This document shows, in pieces, positions 26,452 through 39,690 of a stretch of 64,000 nt of DNA. The stretch comes from Camelus ferus (lineage: Eukaryota). The translations under genes were made by a program, and so were the position numbers. How positions within the stretch are numbered: position 1 is the stretch's first letter; each line of letters opens with the position of its first letter. The stretch is taken from the NCBI RefSeq assembly GCF_009834535.1, contig NC_045696.1, positions 122,080,001 to 122,144,000 of the forward strand, given 5' to 3'. The notes below the pieces were generated by a model. That model saw nothing but the letters and a program-made list of their open reading frames with translations, was not told where the DNA came from and searched no databases.

Positions 26452-26760
26452 TTAAGAATATTTTCTTCATTACGTGTTAATAAGAAACTGTTACTGATCA
26501 TAAGAGTGAAGGCCCTTTGAAAGTTGTTTTGTGGAAAATTGAATAGGAGAGGTTATTTATGAAGATAGAACTGAAAAATATATTTTTAAAAAATCTCCAT
26601 GAATGTGACTTGGCCTCACATATTCTGTTCTAAGTTTTGATAGTTCAGCTGATCTATAGCTGTTGTTTTGACTAAACGTGGGTTCATGCAGATGTCCATT
26701 TTTTTCTTCTTTCCAAAAGGCTGAATTGATTATAGGGAATATTACTTGATCTTGCTCTAG

Positions 26761-26938
26761 GAACTGTGACAAGCCCCGGCTGACAGAGGCCCTGAAAACC
26801 AAGCGGATCTGGGACATTGCCTGCGGGAGCTCACACAGCGCAGCCCTGACATCCAGCGGTGAACTGTACACCTGGGGCCTCGGAGAGTACGGCCGCCTGG
26901 GACACGGGGACAGTACAACACAGCTGAAGCCACGGATG
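26761..26938 (+). pseudogene. HERC2: HERC2 exon, open frame with canonical splice sites
   Basis: TAG|G then [65 protein letters not shown]. Confidence 0.94.
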
Positions 26939-27122
26939 GTGATTATACACATTTCTGTTGCTTTCAGAAAGCTTCCCATCTGCTGATTTCCAGAGGAGAT
27001 AAGCTCTGAGTCTCAGACAGGTCATGACACCCTGTGCAGTATGGCTCTCAGTCTGTGGGGAGAAACCCCCCTGCTGTCTCTGTGCCTGTGCTTGATCTGT
27101 TTTTGCATTTGTAACTGAGTAG

Positions 27123-27201
27123 GTGAACGTCCTTGGTCACAGAGTGATCCAGGTGGCGTGTGGAAGCAGAGATGCCCAGGCCTTGGCTCTGACCGGTGAA
27201 G
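27123..27201 (+). pseudogene. HERC2: Last HERC2 exon in the window, open frame, phase-1 donor intact
   Basis: TAG|VNVLGHRVIQVACGSRDAQALALTGE-G|GTGGGT. One codon shorter than the recalled human VKVLLGHRV. Confidence 0.92.
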
Positions 27202-27244
27202 GTGGGTCCTGTCCTGACCCCGCTTTGCCCTGTTCTCCCTGGGC

Positions 27245-27435
27245 GCCTGTCTCTCTGTCCAGATTTCCTCTTCTTACAAGGACATCAGCCATACTGGATT
27301 AGGGCCCACCCTAATGACCTTATCTTAACTCATAACATCACAATGACCCTATTTTCAAATAAGGGCAGTTCCAAATAAAGTCACATTCTGTGGTGCTTGA
27401 GGTTAGACTTTAACATGAATTTTGAGTGGACTCAG
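27245..27435. mobile_element. MLT1 (ERVL-MaLR) LTR fragment
   Basis: TTTCCTCTTCTTACAAGGACATCAGCCATACTGGATTAGGGCCCACCCTAATGACCT..AAAGTCACATTCTG, a typical MLT1 segment. Confidence 0.75.
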
Positions 27436-28429
27436 TTGACCCTTCACCTGTCCCCTCCCCCAGTGATGTTTCCTGAACATAACACTTTGATGCTTCTTAC
27501 TTGTGTTCTTCCCATGTCTTGGAATGCCCCCTTTTCCTTTCCTTTGCTTGTATTGTCTTTATTAAAAACCACCTACTAATCAGAATTAATGTCTATTTAC
27601 CTTTTATTGTAAATATTTACGTGGCTGTTTCTTACACATTCTTGTAATATTTTTGAAGACATGGAGAGGACTCATTGTTGGAATCATGCCCCAGATTCTT
27701 TCTTCCCTCCCCCAAACCACCTGTAGTGCTTTATAACTAGTGGTTACTTGAATTGAATATGTTAATGAGTGTGTCTGAGCAAACAAGTTGTAGGTATGAG
27801 ACATTTTACGAATGATTTGTAACTTAAGGAAGGATTGGAGTCTGGAGTCCTAGAAGTGATTGTAGTAAGCCTGGTGTGCATTAGTTTATATTAAACAAAT
27901 ACTTACTGAGCCTACTAGATACAAAACCCTTTACTATGTATTAGGAATAGATAAACCTATGAAAATTACAGAATCTGCCTCTGTTCTCATGGAACTTACT
28001 GTCTATGAACAGGTAAGAGGTAAAAGAACAGAGAAGATGGTCATGAAGGGGTTCCTAGGCAGAACTTAGAGAATGATGAGTCATGCAAGGTAGGGGGTGA
28101 AGGAGCATTAGAGAAGCGTGGTGTTAAGCCTGGACGAGTGGGAGAGTGTTGCTGGTGGAGATGGCAGGTCAGGAAAGGCATCCTTTGAGGTGTGTGTGTG
28201 GGGGGTAAGTTAGTTTGCTTCTGGATAAATAAGTAGAACCTCGAAGTAGAAAATGCCAAAATGAATAGCGAATCAATAGATGTTGGTCTCACTCTACCAC
28301 GAGAGGAGAGAGAGCTTGAGCAGCCCCTTCAAGGGGGGCTGACAGTGGTCAACAACAGGGCTTTTCTGGGCAGGTGCTGTTCTGAAAGTGTTTGAAGGAA
28401 GAGTGAAAGGGCTGGAGAACTGGGAGGTG

Positions 28430-28585
28430 ATAATATGACGATCATTTCTCTCTTACTAATGAGGAAGCTAGGGCACAGAAAGTTAAGAGAGGTGCCCAGG
28501 GACGCAGCTGATAAGTGGTGGAGCTGGAATTCAAGCCTGGACATTGTGGTTCAAGGGTCTGTGCTTTTAGCACTACTCTGTACTG
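28430..28585. mobile_element. MIR SINE fragment
   Basis: Core ATGAGGAAGCTAGGGCACAGAAAGTTAAG..TGCCCAGG..CAGCT..AAGTGGTGGAGCTGGAATTCAA. Confidence 0.7.
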
Positions 28586-30749
28586 TCTCTAATAATTTTT
28601 CCTTAAATGCACTCAATTGTTTAACACTCCTAAGGAAACTATAATAATATTATACAGTTATAAGAACATCAGCCTCACTTGTCTTGAAGGTAGGAGTAAA
28701 AATAAATACAGCGGAACCAAAGCAGTTCTGTTAAATTATTACAACTTGCAGAATGCCTACCCGAGAATGATGGAACTTTTTATGATCACTTAGTAACCAG
28801 TGGATATTCTACTAGATGTCAGGTAGTTTAAGAAAATGGTGAGATGAGCAACACGCATTTATTAAGCATTTGTCATGCCGAGCATTTCCTCTCGGTATTA
28901 GGTGCATACTAGAGGACAAAGCCCTTGGTTTCATGGAGCTTGGATTCTAGTGGCTGGAGATACACAGTAAACATCAAAGCAAACAGATGATGTGGGAGGC
29001 GGGTGCAGTCTTCTCTAGAAAGGCCAGGGATGGCCTCTCCAAGGGAGTGCTTTACTTCAGTTTCATTTGACTTGTTTCAAATGAACATGTGTGTCTGTGG
29101 AATAGCCTAGTTGATAGTGCCAACCACAGCCGTGCATAAGATCTTGCAAATCTATTCTAATATCCAAAACAACTTAACATTTCTTCCCAGTTGGGGGAGA
29201 GGAATGATGGGTGTCCATGTGAAACCAGGAAGCTCTGTGTAAAAGACTGGCCAGGGGGCCAGGGAGAGGGGGGAGCTTAGCACTCTGCTCTTGTCATTTG
29301 TTTAGGGGGAGGGCTTCCTTGCTTTTAAAACGGTGAGTAGATTTTACTACCAGAACTGTCTTTAGCATTAAGAAAAGCACGTAGTATCATGCAGGAGAGT
29401 TGTTGCTAGTGTCCCTTCATACCATCCGTGTTTATTGATAGTTAATATGGATGAACGTTTTATAACTGAAAGTTTGAGAAAGTTTTCCTGAGTACCAGGC
29501 TTCTCCGTTCACTCATTTTGCATAAAATTGATTTTACTGCACTTAATTTAACTACCTCCTAAGTATTATATGTATCTGAAAACACAGGCATATTAACTTT
29601 TTTTCTAAGACACGTTGAACTAAATGCATTACTATTAAGTACTCACTGCAGCAGGTAGAGCTCAGGAAACAAACCTGGCAAGTGGCATTTTTCAAAAATT
29701 CAAAATGAAAATAGCCTTCAGGTCCATGGGGGCCTTTAAAAAATATTAATTGACATTATTTTCCTATTTAATAAAGTAGTTAATAGGAAAGTTGGTACTG
29801 TTTTCCAGCTATTAAAGTATGTGTATCCTGACATTTGCGAATTCATAGCGTGAAGGCAACTTTCACATCCTTTATCATTGAATATATGTGGTGTTTTAGA
29901 GTTTGTGAAATGTGCTCACGTTAGTTTGCTCACATGAACCTCTCATAGGTGTTGGAATGATTTATCATCCCTCCTTTACTGGAAGGGCATCTTAGCCTTG
30001 AGAAAGGCCAGGGTCATCACACTGTGAGTTAGTTGAGCTGAGGCTAGACTTTGCAGAGTGTCCCTGTTGCCTGCCATGAGCCCTGGGCTTGGGGATGCCA
30101 CCCCCAGGAAGCCCTGGCTGGTGCTCTCCCTTCTTGCTGATGGAGCACCACGTCCAGGACTGGCGGAAGGAGCTCTCCTGTGGTGGCCTCCTTGGCAAAT
30201 CTGCTGCCTGCAGTTCTTGATAAAAGTCACAGCTCCTCTGGTTGCTGTTAGTCCTGTGACTGTCCCTCATTGTTAGCACTCATCGTCCTCATCAGTTACA
30301 GTGATGCCTTGGCAAGGGAGGCGAGGGTGCTTGCCATTTGACTATAGAAACCTAGGTTTGTGTTTAATAATCTCTCTACTCCTGGCCGGAGAAAATTGGT
30401 TCTTTTGTATCCCCCTCCTTCCTGTTAATCTGTGTTTGGGTCTCAGGAGGTGAGTTTGTTGAGCCAGGCAGTGATGGTTTTTGTGTGCCATCGTGTGCCC
30501 ACTCACCAAAGATTTGTCAGTGAATGAAGCAGCATCCTTAAGGGCTTTGTATTATAGTTGGAGTAAAAGAGATAATAACACAAACACAGGTACTATATAA
30601 ATAAACATATAAACATACAATATTTTATATGATGTAGATAGGTAATATATAGGTATATAAGTGTGTGTGTGTATATATATAATTTCAGTGCCTCACGCTA
30701 ACTTTGCTGCCTCTGAAGCCTCAAGACCTGAATCCAGCCTGTTGCTTCT

Positions 30750-30900
30750 TTTTAATAAATATACAGTCACACTCATTGGCTTATGTATTGTCTGTGGCAG
30801 CTTTTATGCTGTAAGGACAGAGTTGATTAATTACAACAGTGTATCCTCGATAAAGCCTAAAATATTTACACTCTGGCTTTAAGAAAAAGTTAGCTGCCCT
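30750..30900. mobile_element. MER58A-like MITE fragment
   Basis: TTATGTATTGTCTGTGGCAGCTTTTATGCT..CAGAGTTGA..AAAGCCTAAAATATTTACACTCTGGCTTTAAGAAAAAGT. Confidence 0.65.
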
Positions 30901-33900
30901 CTTGCTCAAGATCTTGCCAGCCATTGTACTTGAAGGTAGCGGTTCAGCCTCAGAGTTAGAAAATAAAGCTCGATTTCAGAAGCCACCAGGGATGACAGAT
31001 GGTTGGAACTTTGGTGCAGAGAGGATAGTTTCCATCCACTAGGTGTGGGTTACCGTGGTAACTCAGAGGTGGAGGTGACTAAGGAAGTTTTTCTTCGAGG
31101 TGGGGAGCCTGTTCTGCTTTCAGAAGAGCATTTGTTGTTGGTGTTTTATAGTAGTGTGAATTGTTCATGGTGATTTTTCAAATGTGATCTAATAAAAGTG
31201 TATACAGATTAGATAATGAGAGTTGCTCCTATTTCCTTAGAGTCCCACTCTTCAGAAATACTCCTTAAGAGCTGTTAAGACATGGATTTTTCCCTCTGTC
31301 TAAATATTTCCTTCTATCCAAGAGTTTTAAAAAAATGTTTTCTGATTATTTTCTTTCACGTTGTGACCTGTTAGTTGACTTGGTTCCTCAAAATGCAGAG
31401 AATTAGGGGTTGTACAGTTGAGTGTTTATTACATACAATACTAACATAAAATATTTTGGAAAGAATTTTAGTGTAAGTCTTCCCATCAGTTATGAGTTAC
31501 CATTGTAGATTTTTAAAATTATGATTTCATGGCAAATATTAAAGCACTTTTGTGCTATATCATCATTATTTTAAATCTTACAAGTTTTCATCAAAATTCT
31601 TCTAGTGGAGGCACCCTGTAATCTGATCACCTGGTAAATCTTTGAAAAATATTGATGTCTGGTCCCTATTTTAGGCCTAAATGAATCCAGATCTTTAGAG
31701 GTTGGGATGTCATCTGTAAGAAAGAGCCCTCCAAGTGAGCTATTGAGCAGGTGGCACCTTGTATGATACAACTTTCTTTCCATAATGAAAATTTATAGGC
31801 AGATAGGAAGGTTTAACATGCTTCTAGTATATAGTTCATGGTTTATCCTGGAAAAAAATTTATATACTGAGTTCCTTTGAATCCAGATGTTGAACAAAGG
31901 AAGGAAATGCATATAAAAAAGGGATTATGTCACTTGATTTAAAGAGTCACGTTAATTTACTCCCTCTCACCCTCTACTTTTGTACTTAATCACCAAGAAA
32001 AAGTCCTTTCAAAATAAAAAACACATTTCTTAACTTTCGGATGGTAGCTTTGTTTGTATTACCTTACTAGTGGCAAGTGACATACATCTGATCATTGTTT
32101 TCAGTGAAGTATTTGCTAACTTCCCTAGGCAGGTGTTACTTTCTGTTTTCATTGTGCTACGCTAACTGGTGTAACAGACATGTGACATTTCATTGATTTA
32201 AATTAGAAATTTATTTCTTGTTTATGTAATAGCCCAGTGACTGGCAATAACTGTTTTGCTCCATACAGTCACTCAGGGACCAAACTGGATATTTTTCCTA
32301 TCTCACATATGATGTCCAAAGGTGGCCCTGGGTTTTGGCATTCAGTCATTGGATTGGGGGAGAGCGTGGAGGTTTGTGGGTCAGGCCTGGTAGTACACAC
32401 GTCGCTTCTGTTGCCGTTCCGCTGGCCAGAGCTGAGTCACAGGGCCGTGCTAGCTGCAGGGGAAGCTGGGAAATGACTAGTTGCTTCAGTCAGGGAAGAA
32501 AAATGCCTTTGGTTGTCGGTTAGCAGTCTTGTCCATGTGGCATGTGTGGCCACTGTAAACACCAGCAGGGCCTTGGTTTATTCTGTGTAACATTTTCTTT
32601 CGTTGTTCCTTTTCTCATCCCCCTTTTTTGAGTGATTGTCCCTTGTTGTTCATTTATGTGCGACAGTCAGGGTTCTTGGATGCAGACAACAAACCCATCC
32701 TTGGCTAATTTAGGCAGAAAATGAATCAGTTAGCCCGCAGAATTGATTGGAAAGCTGGAGGCTGTGCTAGAGAAATAAGTAGGAGGCAACGTGGCAGGCA
32801 GCAGCAGAGGACACAGCCGGGTCAAGCCGTAGGCCCGGTCTCACCGCTCCTGGCTCTTTGCAGTCAGTTGCTGTGTGAGCTTCATCTTCCCTTCCCTGCG
32901 GAGAGCACGCTCACACTGCCCGTGCGCCTTGCAGGAGCTGCGCCTCCAGTTCTCAGGCTGAGCAGGAACGTTTGACCATTCAAACTTGGGTTGCTAGCAG
33001 GGAGTGAGGATGAGAGAAGTTTTGTTACTGTTTGGCTTTTATAGTAGGAGACACGGCTTTTTCTGTCTTCTGTGACTGCCACAACCATGATGGGTGTCCA
33101 GATACTGAGTGACCAAAAGGTGACAAATGCCTACTTCAGGACCTTTTCATCAGAAGAAAATGTGCCATGTTGGGTGTAAGATAGGAGACTGTCCCAGTCT
33201 TGATTTTGCCACTGACCTTTTGGGACAAAAGATAAAACTTCTCTGGGTCGCAGGTGTCCCCTCTATAAATTGAGATGGGGAACTTGATGTCTGATAATGC
33301 TTGTTCATCTGCACACTCATTGAATAAAATATTTATTGAATGCCTTTATGTGCTGGCATGAAAGAGAAGAGTGAGAGAGGCATGCTGGCTGTCTCGCCCT
33401 TCAGAGCAGAGAAGTCCTTCTCGCACAGTTGTGGGGGGCCCAGCAGCTCCTGAGGAGCCCCTCATCTGGATGGGAGGGTTGTGGGCAGGGGGTTCACGGG
33501 CCTCTCTGCTTCACTCACCCACTTATTTTTTGTCTATTTTAAGCCTTTGCATTGTTGTATTCATGAGAATATTTAAACAAGTATGACCAGTCCTTCCCTC
33601 AAGGGTTCTAGTTGTGAGGATGTGCTGATTGCTTCAGCACAGCGCATGTTTGCTGTGTTAAGAGCAGAATAGTAGGAAAGAAATGGAGCAGGGGAGCAGC
33701 TCACTGCAAGATTCTGGGAAGGTTTCTTAGAGAAGATGACATTAGATTGAATCCAAGATTTCTAGGAGCAGAAAAGAGGAGAAGAGGGACCGCATTCTAG
33801 ACGGGGGAGCACTTCTGCCTGGGGACTGTCAGTGCAGCTCAGAGGGAGGCCATGTATGGGGCCACGGGATGGAGAGACCTGGTGGGCAGTGAGATGAGGT

Positions 33901-34624
33901 GACATGTAAACCTGGAAGCTCTGGATCTCTTAAAGCGATGCTGACCTTGAACCTGTGATAAGGAAGCAGACCGGCAACAGTGGGGAGAGGGCACAGAGAC
34001 TGGGTAAGCCTCGGGTGCTGCAGAATCGCCCCTTCATCACTTTCACTTTCTTCTGAGTTAGAGCCTGACAGAGTAAACAAATTAACAGTGGGATTTGTGA
34101 GACATTCCTGAGGCCAGTCTCAGAATGTAGCTTGTGTGTATAGGGAGGTGGGGGTGAGAGAGAGTTTCTGGCTTGAGTGGATGGATGGGGGATGCAGTTC
34201 ATAGAACCGGGCGCACACGGCGGTCCTCTCTGTGCTCCCGCCTGGGCTCCCGCCAGGGCAGGCAGAGCGCCGGGATTTCTGACCCGCTCAGGTTAGCCTG
34301 GGGGTGTGTGAATGTAACAACAGCACGTGCTCAGGACGGCCGCTGCTAGTCTATCTGAGCTCGTGCTTGACAGGAGACCTGGCTGCACTCTCTGTTGTGA
34401 GAGACGGGAGGTGAGGTGGAAGACACAGCTCCCCTCCACTCCCAATTTCTCTTTCCTTGTTTTATTTTCTTCAGAACACTGATCATTTTCTGACATTACC
34501 GAATTCACTTATTTATTTTGAGGGATCGTGTCCTCTCCCAACCAGCAATAAAATACAAACTCCAGGAGGCCAGAGACTTTGCCCTTCATCTTCTCTTGTG
34601 TCTTTAATGCTAAGAACTTTTTCT

Positions 34625-34925
34625 AGAACAGCACTGTCCAGTAGATTATAAAACAAGCCACTTATGTAATTTAAGCTTTTAGGAGTCACAGTTTGAAAAA
34701 TAGAAAAAAAGAAACATTAATTTTGGTATCTTATTTTACCCAATATATCTAAAATACATTATTTTAAAATTAAAAATTTATTGATATAGTCTATATTCTG
34801 TTTTTTGTACTAAGTCCTTGAAATCTTGCATGTGCTTTGCATTTGCAGCTTATCTCAGTCCCAGATAGTTGCATTTCAAGCACTGAGGGGCCACCTGTGA
34901 CTAGTGGCTGCCATACTGGACAGCT
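34625..34925. mobile_element. MER3/MER33-like hAT MITE
   Basis: Inverted termini CAGCACTGTCCAGTA ... TACTGGACAGC, with internal CATTTCAAGCACT..GCCACCTGTGACTAGTGGCTGCCATA. Confidence 0.7.
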
Positions 34926-37900
34926 AAGGTGTAGAGCGTAGTGGGGGCGTGGTAAATGTTTGTTGAATGAATGAATTAGAGGATAGATTGGGTGTTAAGG
35001 GGGAGTGTAGAATCCAGGAAGGTCCCATGTGCCAGGTACCAATTTAAACATTAAGTCTTTGATTTTCATAATAGTCTTGAGGTTTGAGTACTGGCTTAAC
35101 CCATTCTGCAGATGGGAAGGGAGGCACAGATTTATTTACCCAGTCACTCAGTTGCTGGGTAGTAAGTGGTGAGATTGAATCCAGACACCCCAGAGTGTTT
35201 ATCTCTGTGACTGAAAACACAGCCAGAGCCATGTCACTCCTGGCATACCTTCCCTGGTGTCCTCATAGCTTTTTTTTTTTTTTTAACAAAATCCAGATTT
35301 CTTACCCTGGTGGAAGGACTCTGGTCCAGCCTACCTGTGTATCCTTACCTGCTCCTCTGTCTGTACTCCATTCTCCAGCCAAACCTGAAGTGACATTTGA
35401 ACTGCAGTTGGGAGGGGAAGTGGGAGTTGCTCAGGCAAAGCAGCAGAGCCAGGACTTCAGAGGTGGAGGGTATCCCTGGTATGCCGGGAGCCTGGGGGGC
35501 GGGTATCAGAGGGAGGCTGCAGGGACAGGGCTGCTGGACTGTGGCTCACTTCCTAGTCTAGTCTTTTCTCACAGGTCAGTTTCATGAGCTCGTCACAAAA
35601 TTCATGGTGACTAGAGAACTGGCTTTTCTTTTTTTTTTAAGGTTCTTTTGTAAAATTTGATGTGAAGTTTACTCATTTTTCCTAGACTCCCTTTTAAATT
35701 CCCATCTCTTCTGGCCAGAGCCACCCATTCATCTGCATTCACCTGCATTCAAGTAGGTTGCACGTGGGAGGGGACATCTCTCGCAGAGGGCTGGTTCCCA
35801 GCCCGATCTCTTTTCAGACTTGCTGGTTCAGTTTCTCTTCACTCTTGTGAGGACCCATCAGTCCTGTCTCACAGGGGCGCTCCCCAAGTCTCTTGAGCAC
35901 CCCCTACCCCTACTCCCTCTGTCTCTGAGGACGGTGGACCCTGGAGGGTCTGGTTTGCCTTACTTGCACTGATCAGCCCCAAGCCCATGAACGTGGGGCC
36001 ATCAGCTGCCAGGCCCCATGGGGCTGCTGGACTCTTTTCTTTCTATGTATAATGTGACAGATGCTGTAATAATGCCACCTGGTTCGTGGGACTTGCATGG
36101 ATCTGAGGCATACTGGCACAAAGTTTGTCATGGAGAGTGTGATGGATGTTCCTACTATTTTTTACTTTTATCACTTTTTCTTTAATTGTGAAACACTGCT
36201 AGCAGAGCGTTCTGGTAAAGGGTCCTAGAAAGCTGCTCTATCCATGCTGTTGTTATTCAGGGTATTCTGCCTGGTTTGGAAAAATGTGCTTGTTTAAGAG
36301 GTAAATGATGAAATCTTAGTTACTTATCTATGGGCTTACTTTTTGACTTCTAGTGAATTTGAAAGTTTTTCCATATACTTACTATTGGTTTATGAGAATT
36401 TCATCTTTTGCCTGACTTTTTGGAGGGTGGGGGCGGGAGGCAGTGACAGATCTTAGTGTTTTTAATTGTATCACTAGGGAACTATATATATTCAGGATAC
36501 TGTATAACATTTCATACAGGTAACATTTTCTATACTATTTTCATTTGGTGTGGAACTCAGCCACAAATTTTAAACACTCACACAGTATGTATGGAAGAAA
36601 GAAAACTAATGGTGAGCTCTGAAATGATGTGTTTATTTGCTACATAAGTATACTTTCAATGAAGTGTTACTTTTCTATATTATTACATTTTATAACCTCT
36701 GTCTAACAGTTAACAATTTGCTCAGTGCTTAACTCTTAAAGTGTCTCTGGTCAGATGAATATCTTGCCCTTCGGGCATTTTGTAATGGAAAAATCCCCAT
36801 AAACATGCAGTGTTTTAATTGGAATCACAAAGCCAAATGTTTGCCTCATTGAATAATTTTAAGTATTCTGCTGCAATTCAATATAGGTACCCAACCAAGC
36901 ACTTGACTAGATTTAAAAATATCTTGTATGTTTCACAGCTGTCTAGCTAGAACTAAAAAAAAAAAGTGAGGAGAGGAGTATGTGCAGGGTTCTCCTCTTT
37001 TCTGCCTGGGGTAGGAGAGGGGAAGTTGTAAAAAGTGGTTGTGTCCCTCAGCTGCTGTTGCTCTGCCGGCTTTGAGAGAAGGCACAGGCAGAGGCAGAGA
37101 TGCGAGAAGGCAGAGGCAGAGATGAGGCAAGGTTTGAGGCAGCATTCTTTAAAAGAAACTGAATGTGCCTGAAACTCAGTAGCATCTTCAGACACTTCTT
37201 AAAGTGACACGGTTGTGGCCGAGCTGAAGGTGATGGCAGCCTGTGGTAGGTGAGCTTTCTGCCTGTGTTGTACTCCTGGCTGCCTCTTTCTGTTTCCTGG
37301 TTCTTCTTCCCCCAGGGGAAGGCAGCCACGCAGGCAGCGTCCAGCTCTTCAGTAGCTTCATAATACTTTAGCTTCTAGCTGTGTTGCAGTACATCATGTC
37401 TCTTCTGTTTGTACTTTCAGGTTTCTGGAAGGCAGGTTTAGTGTGCGTGGGCGCTGGCAAAATGATGGTCAGGAGAGCTGAAGAAAACTCCTGGAGCGGG
37501 GTGGGGGAGGGAGCATCTTTGTGTAATTCAGGTTTTATATGTATGTACGTATACACACACTGTGTGTGTGTGTATAAAACATTGGAAGTTTTTTTTTTTT
37601 ACTATGTTTTTGTGTAGATTTTTTAAAAAAGGACATAAGTTAGAATCTAACCACCATTTATTAAAATGTGTCTTTTCAGCTCTAAACAGAGACTTTTGAG
37701 CACAACCTTTCCTTTCCTCTGGCAGTGACCTGTGTAACGTTTCAAACCCATGGCATTTTACGAGGGAAGGACTACTTTGCATTTATGTGACTGGACGAGA
37801 TGATGATGAATCTTACTTCATGTATAAGGAAACTGACTTGTTTGTCACCATGCTGCGTTTATGCTGGGGTTACGGCAAGGGACAGGAAGTCTTAAACCCT

Positions 37901-38829
37901 AGGTCAGTGTGTTTCTGCGTAGCAAGTTGAACTTTCCAAATCACGTATTTCTCATTTTACCTGTTTTGTAAATGAATATGCTAAATTGGCATGGTACAGA
38001 GGCATCTGAGATACAGAAAGACCACGGGGCTTCACAAAGGTGAGTGTGAGCAGCTTGAGACCCACAGCTCTCCCAGCCAGAGGGGTCCAGGGCTCCCCCT
38101 TCACTGCCCACGGATGACTCTGACCTGAGAGGTGAACACAGACCCCATCTTCTGACTGAAAATAGGGAAGTGCCGTTCACTGAGCGCACAAGTTAGTTAG
38201 GCTGCATTGACCTGTTCCATGTCCGTCAGCTACTGCTGGTCCTGTCTCAGGCGACCTGTCTTGTAAACCGTAAGTGAGGCTGCATCATCCGACCAGCACT
38301 AGTACGAGGGACAGCTGTCTGAGAGCCTTGAGCTCTGTGGTCATTTCTTTCATTGAGAGACACGCTGGAATCTCAGGGTCTGGCTTACCATCTAGTCTGA
38401 ATGGTAATGGTTTCCTAGCTTGTTTGAAAGAATTATTTCTTGATTATAACCAGTGTAGTTTGTCAGTTTGAATGACTTACTGTAATTTTTGTAAAACTTC
38501 TGGTATCTTTATCAGTGAAAGTTAAACTTACTGCAGGCCAAGTGACTGCAGTGAATGTGTGACTCCTTCAGCTAAGTAAGTGATTAGCATCTATGCAATC
38601 AGGTTCTTGAAAATACTTTTATTCTTACAGTAGTAGTAGATTTTTTCCCTTTTTAGGAGCTTCATCTCAGTTTAGCCTGATTAGTTACCTGTTGAATGGA
38701 TCATGTTATTCTAATATATGGCCAGAAAGAAATTTATGTAAATTAGGTCCTATGTTTGTATGTAACACTGTGTCTGTACTGAGTCTCTGACATTGCCTGT
38801 CTGCTAATTTCATTATTTCTATCATTTCT

Positions 38830-39690
38830 GGGTCTGCTAATGAGTTTTTGTTGTTTTTTCTCTTGAATACAGACCGCATTTTCCTGCTTCTCTATGTGCC
38901 TAGTGATTTTTGATTGGATATGTGTGTTAAGAATGCTAAGCTGTTGAGATTCTGGGCTTTGTTATCCTCATTTTAAAAATGCTGAATTTTGACCTGGTAG
39001 GCCATTAGTTAACTTGTAGATCATCTGGATCCTTTGAGGTTTGTTTCAGTCTCTGCTAGGACCTGTAGACGGCAGCCTTTGCTGTAGGGCCAGTTGAGCT
39101 TTCCTCCTAAAGCGTGGGTTTCCTGGGGTGTCTGGAACATGTGTGGTGTTCAGCAGGGTCTCTCCCGCTAGGTGATTTGGTCACTCCGTCTGCCGTCCTG
39201 TGCTGTTTCTAGTAGTTGTTCAGCTTTCAGCTCCCTGCTGGTTGCTCTCTGCGTGGCTTCCTGGACATTCGCCTGACGATTGTGCAGGCTTAGTATTTGG
39301 CCAGAGTCAAAGTGATCCCTGGGTACAGATTAGTGGAGCCCCTTCTCTACATACATAGGTCTCTTATTTCTACTGCCTGCCCCACAAATTCCAGCCAGCT
39401 CAGTAGCCTTGAACTCTCATCTCCATCTCCTCAGCTCATCAAGACCACTGAGTTCTTTGGAAATTGTCCCTCCCTACACTATACTCTGGAAATTGTCTCC
39501 AGATAGAAAGCCAGGGTGACTGTGAGGCTCACCAAGTTTATTTCCCTTTTCTCGGTGATCACAGTTATGAACGGCCTGTTTTCCACTGTCGGAAAATAGT
39601 TATTTTGTATGTTTTGACCACTGTTATAGTGGTTTGCAGTGAGTGAGGTAGTTTAGTGCTAGGTACTCTAAAATGGTCAGAAGTGGAAGT
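38830..39690 (-). mobile_element. Ancient LINE-1 5'-region fragment (L1M-type)
   Basis: Motifs such as TTTTCCTGCTTCT..GTGATTTTTGATTGGAT, GGAAATTGTCTCCAG..AAAGCCAGGG..GCTCACC..TTTCCCTTTTCTC..GATCACAGT, recalled from old L1 elements. Family and strand are uncertain. Confidence 0.5.

Larger units (their letters stand above)
20003..27201 (+). pseudogene. HERC2: Partial unprocessed HERC2 pseudogene (end of DOC domain to start of RCC1-like domain 2)
   Basis: Six collinear exons translate to recognisable HERC2 sequence and are separated by introns. Two frameshifts, two mutated donors and one expected exon not found. No upstream or downstream HERC2 exons seen in the window. Confidence 0.93.

Noticed and set aside
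26557..26979. 140-aa minus-strand ORF
   Set aside because: It is the antisense shadow of the plus-strand HERC2 exon.
35084..35587. 167-aa plus-strand ORF
   Set aside because: Non-ATG start, overlaps a MIR-like fragment and a poly-T run, and has no recognisable protein features.
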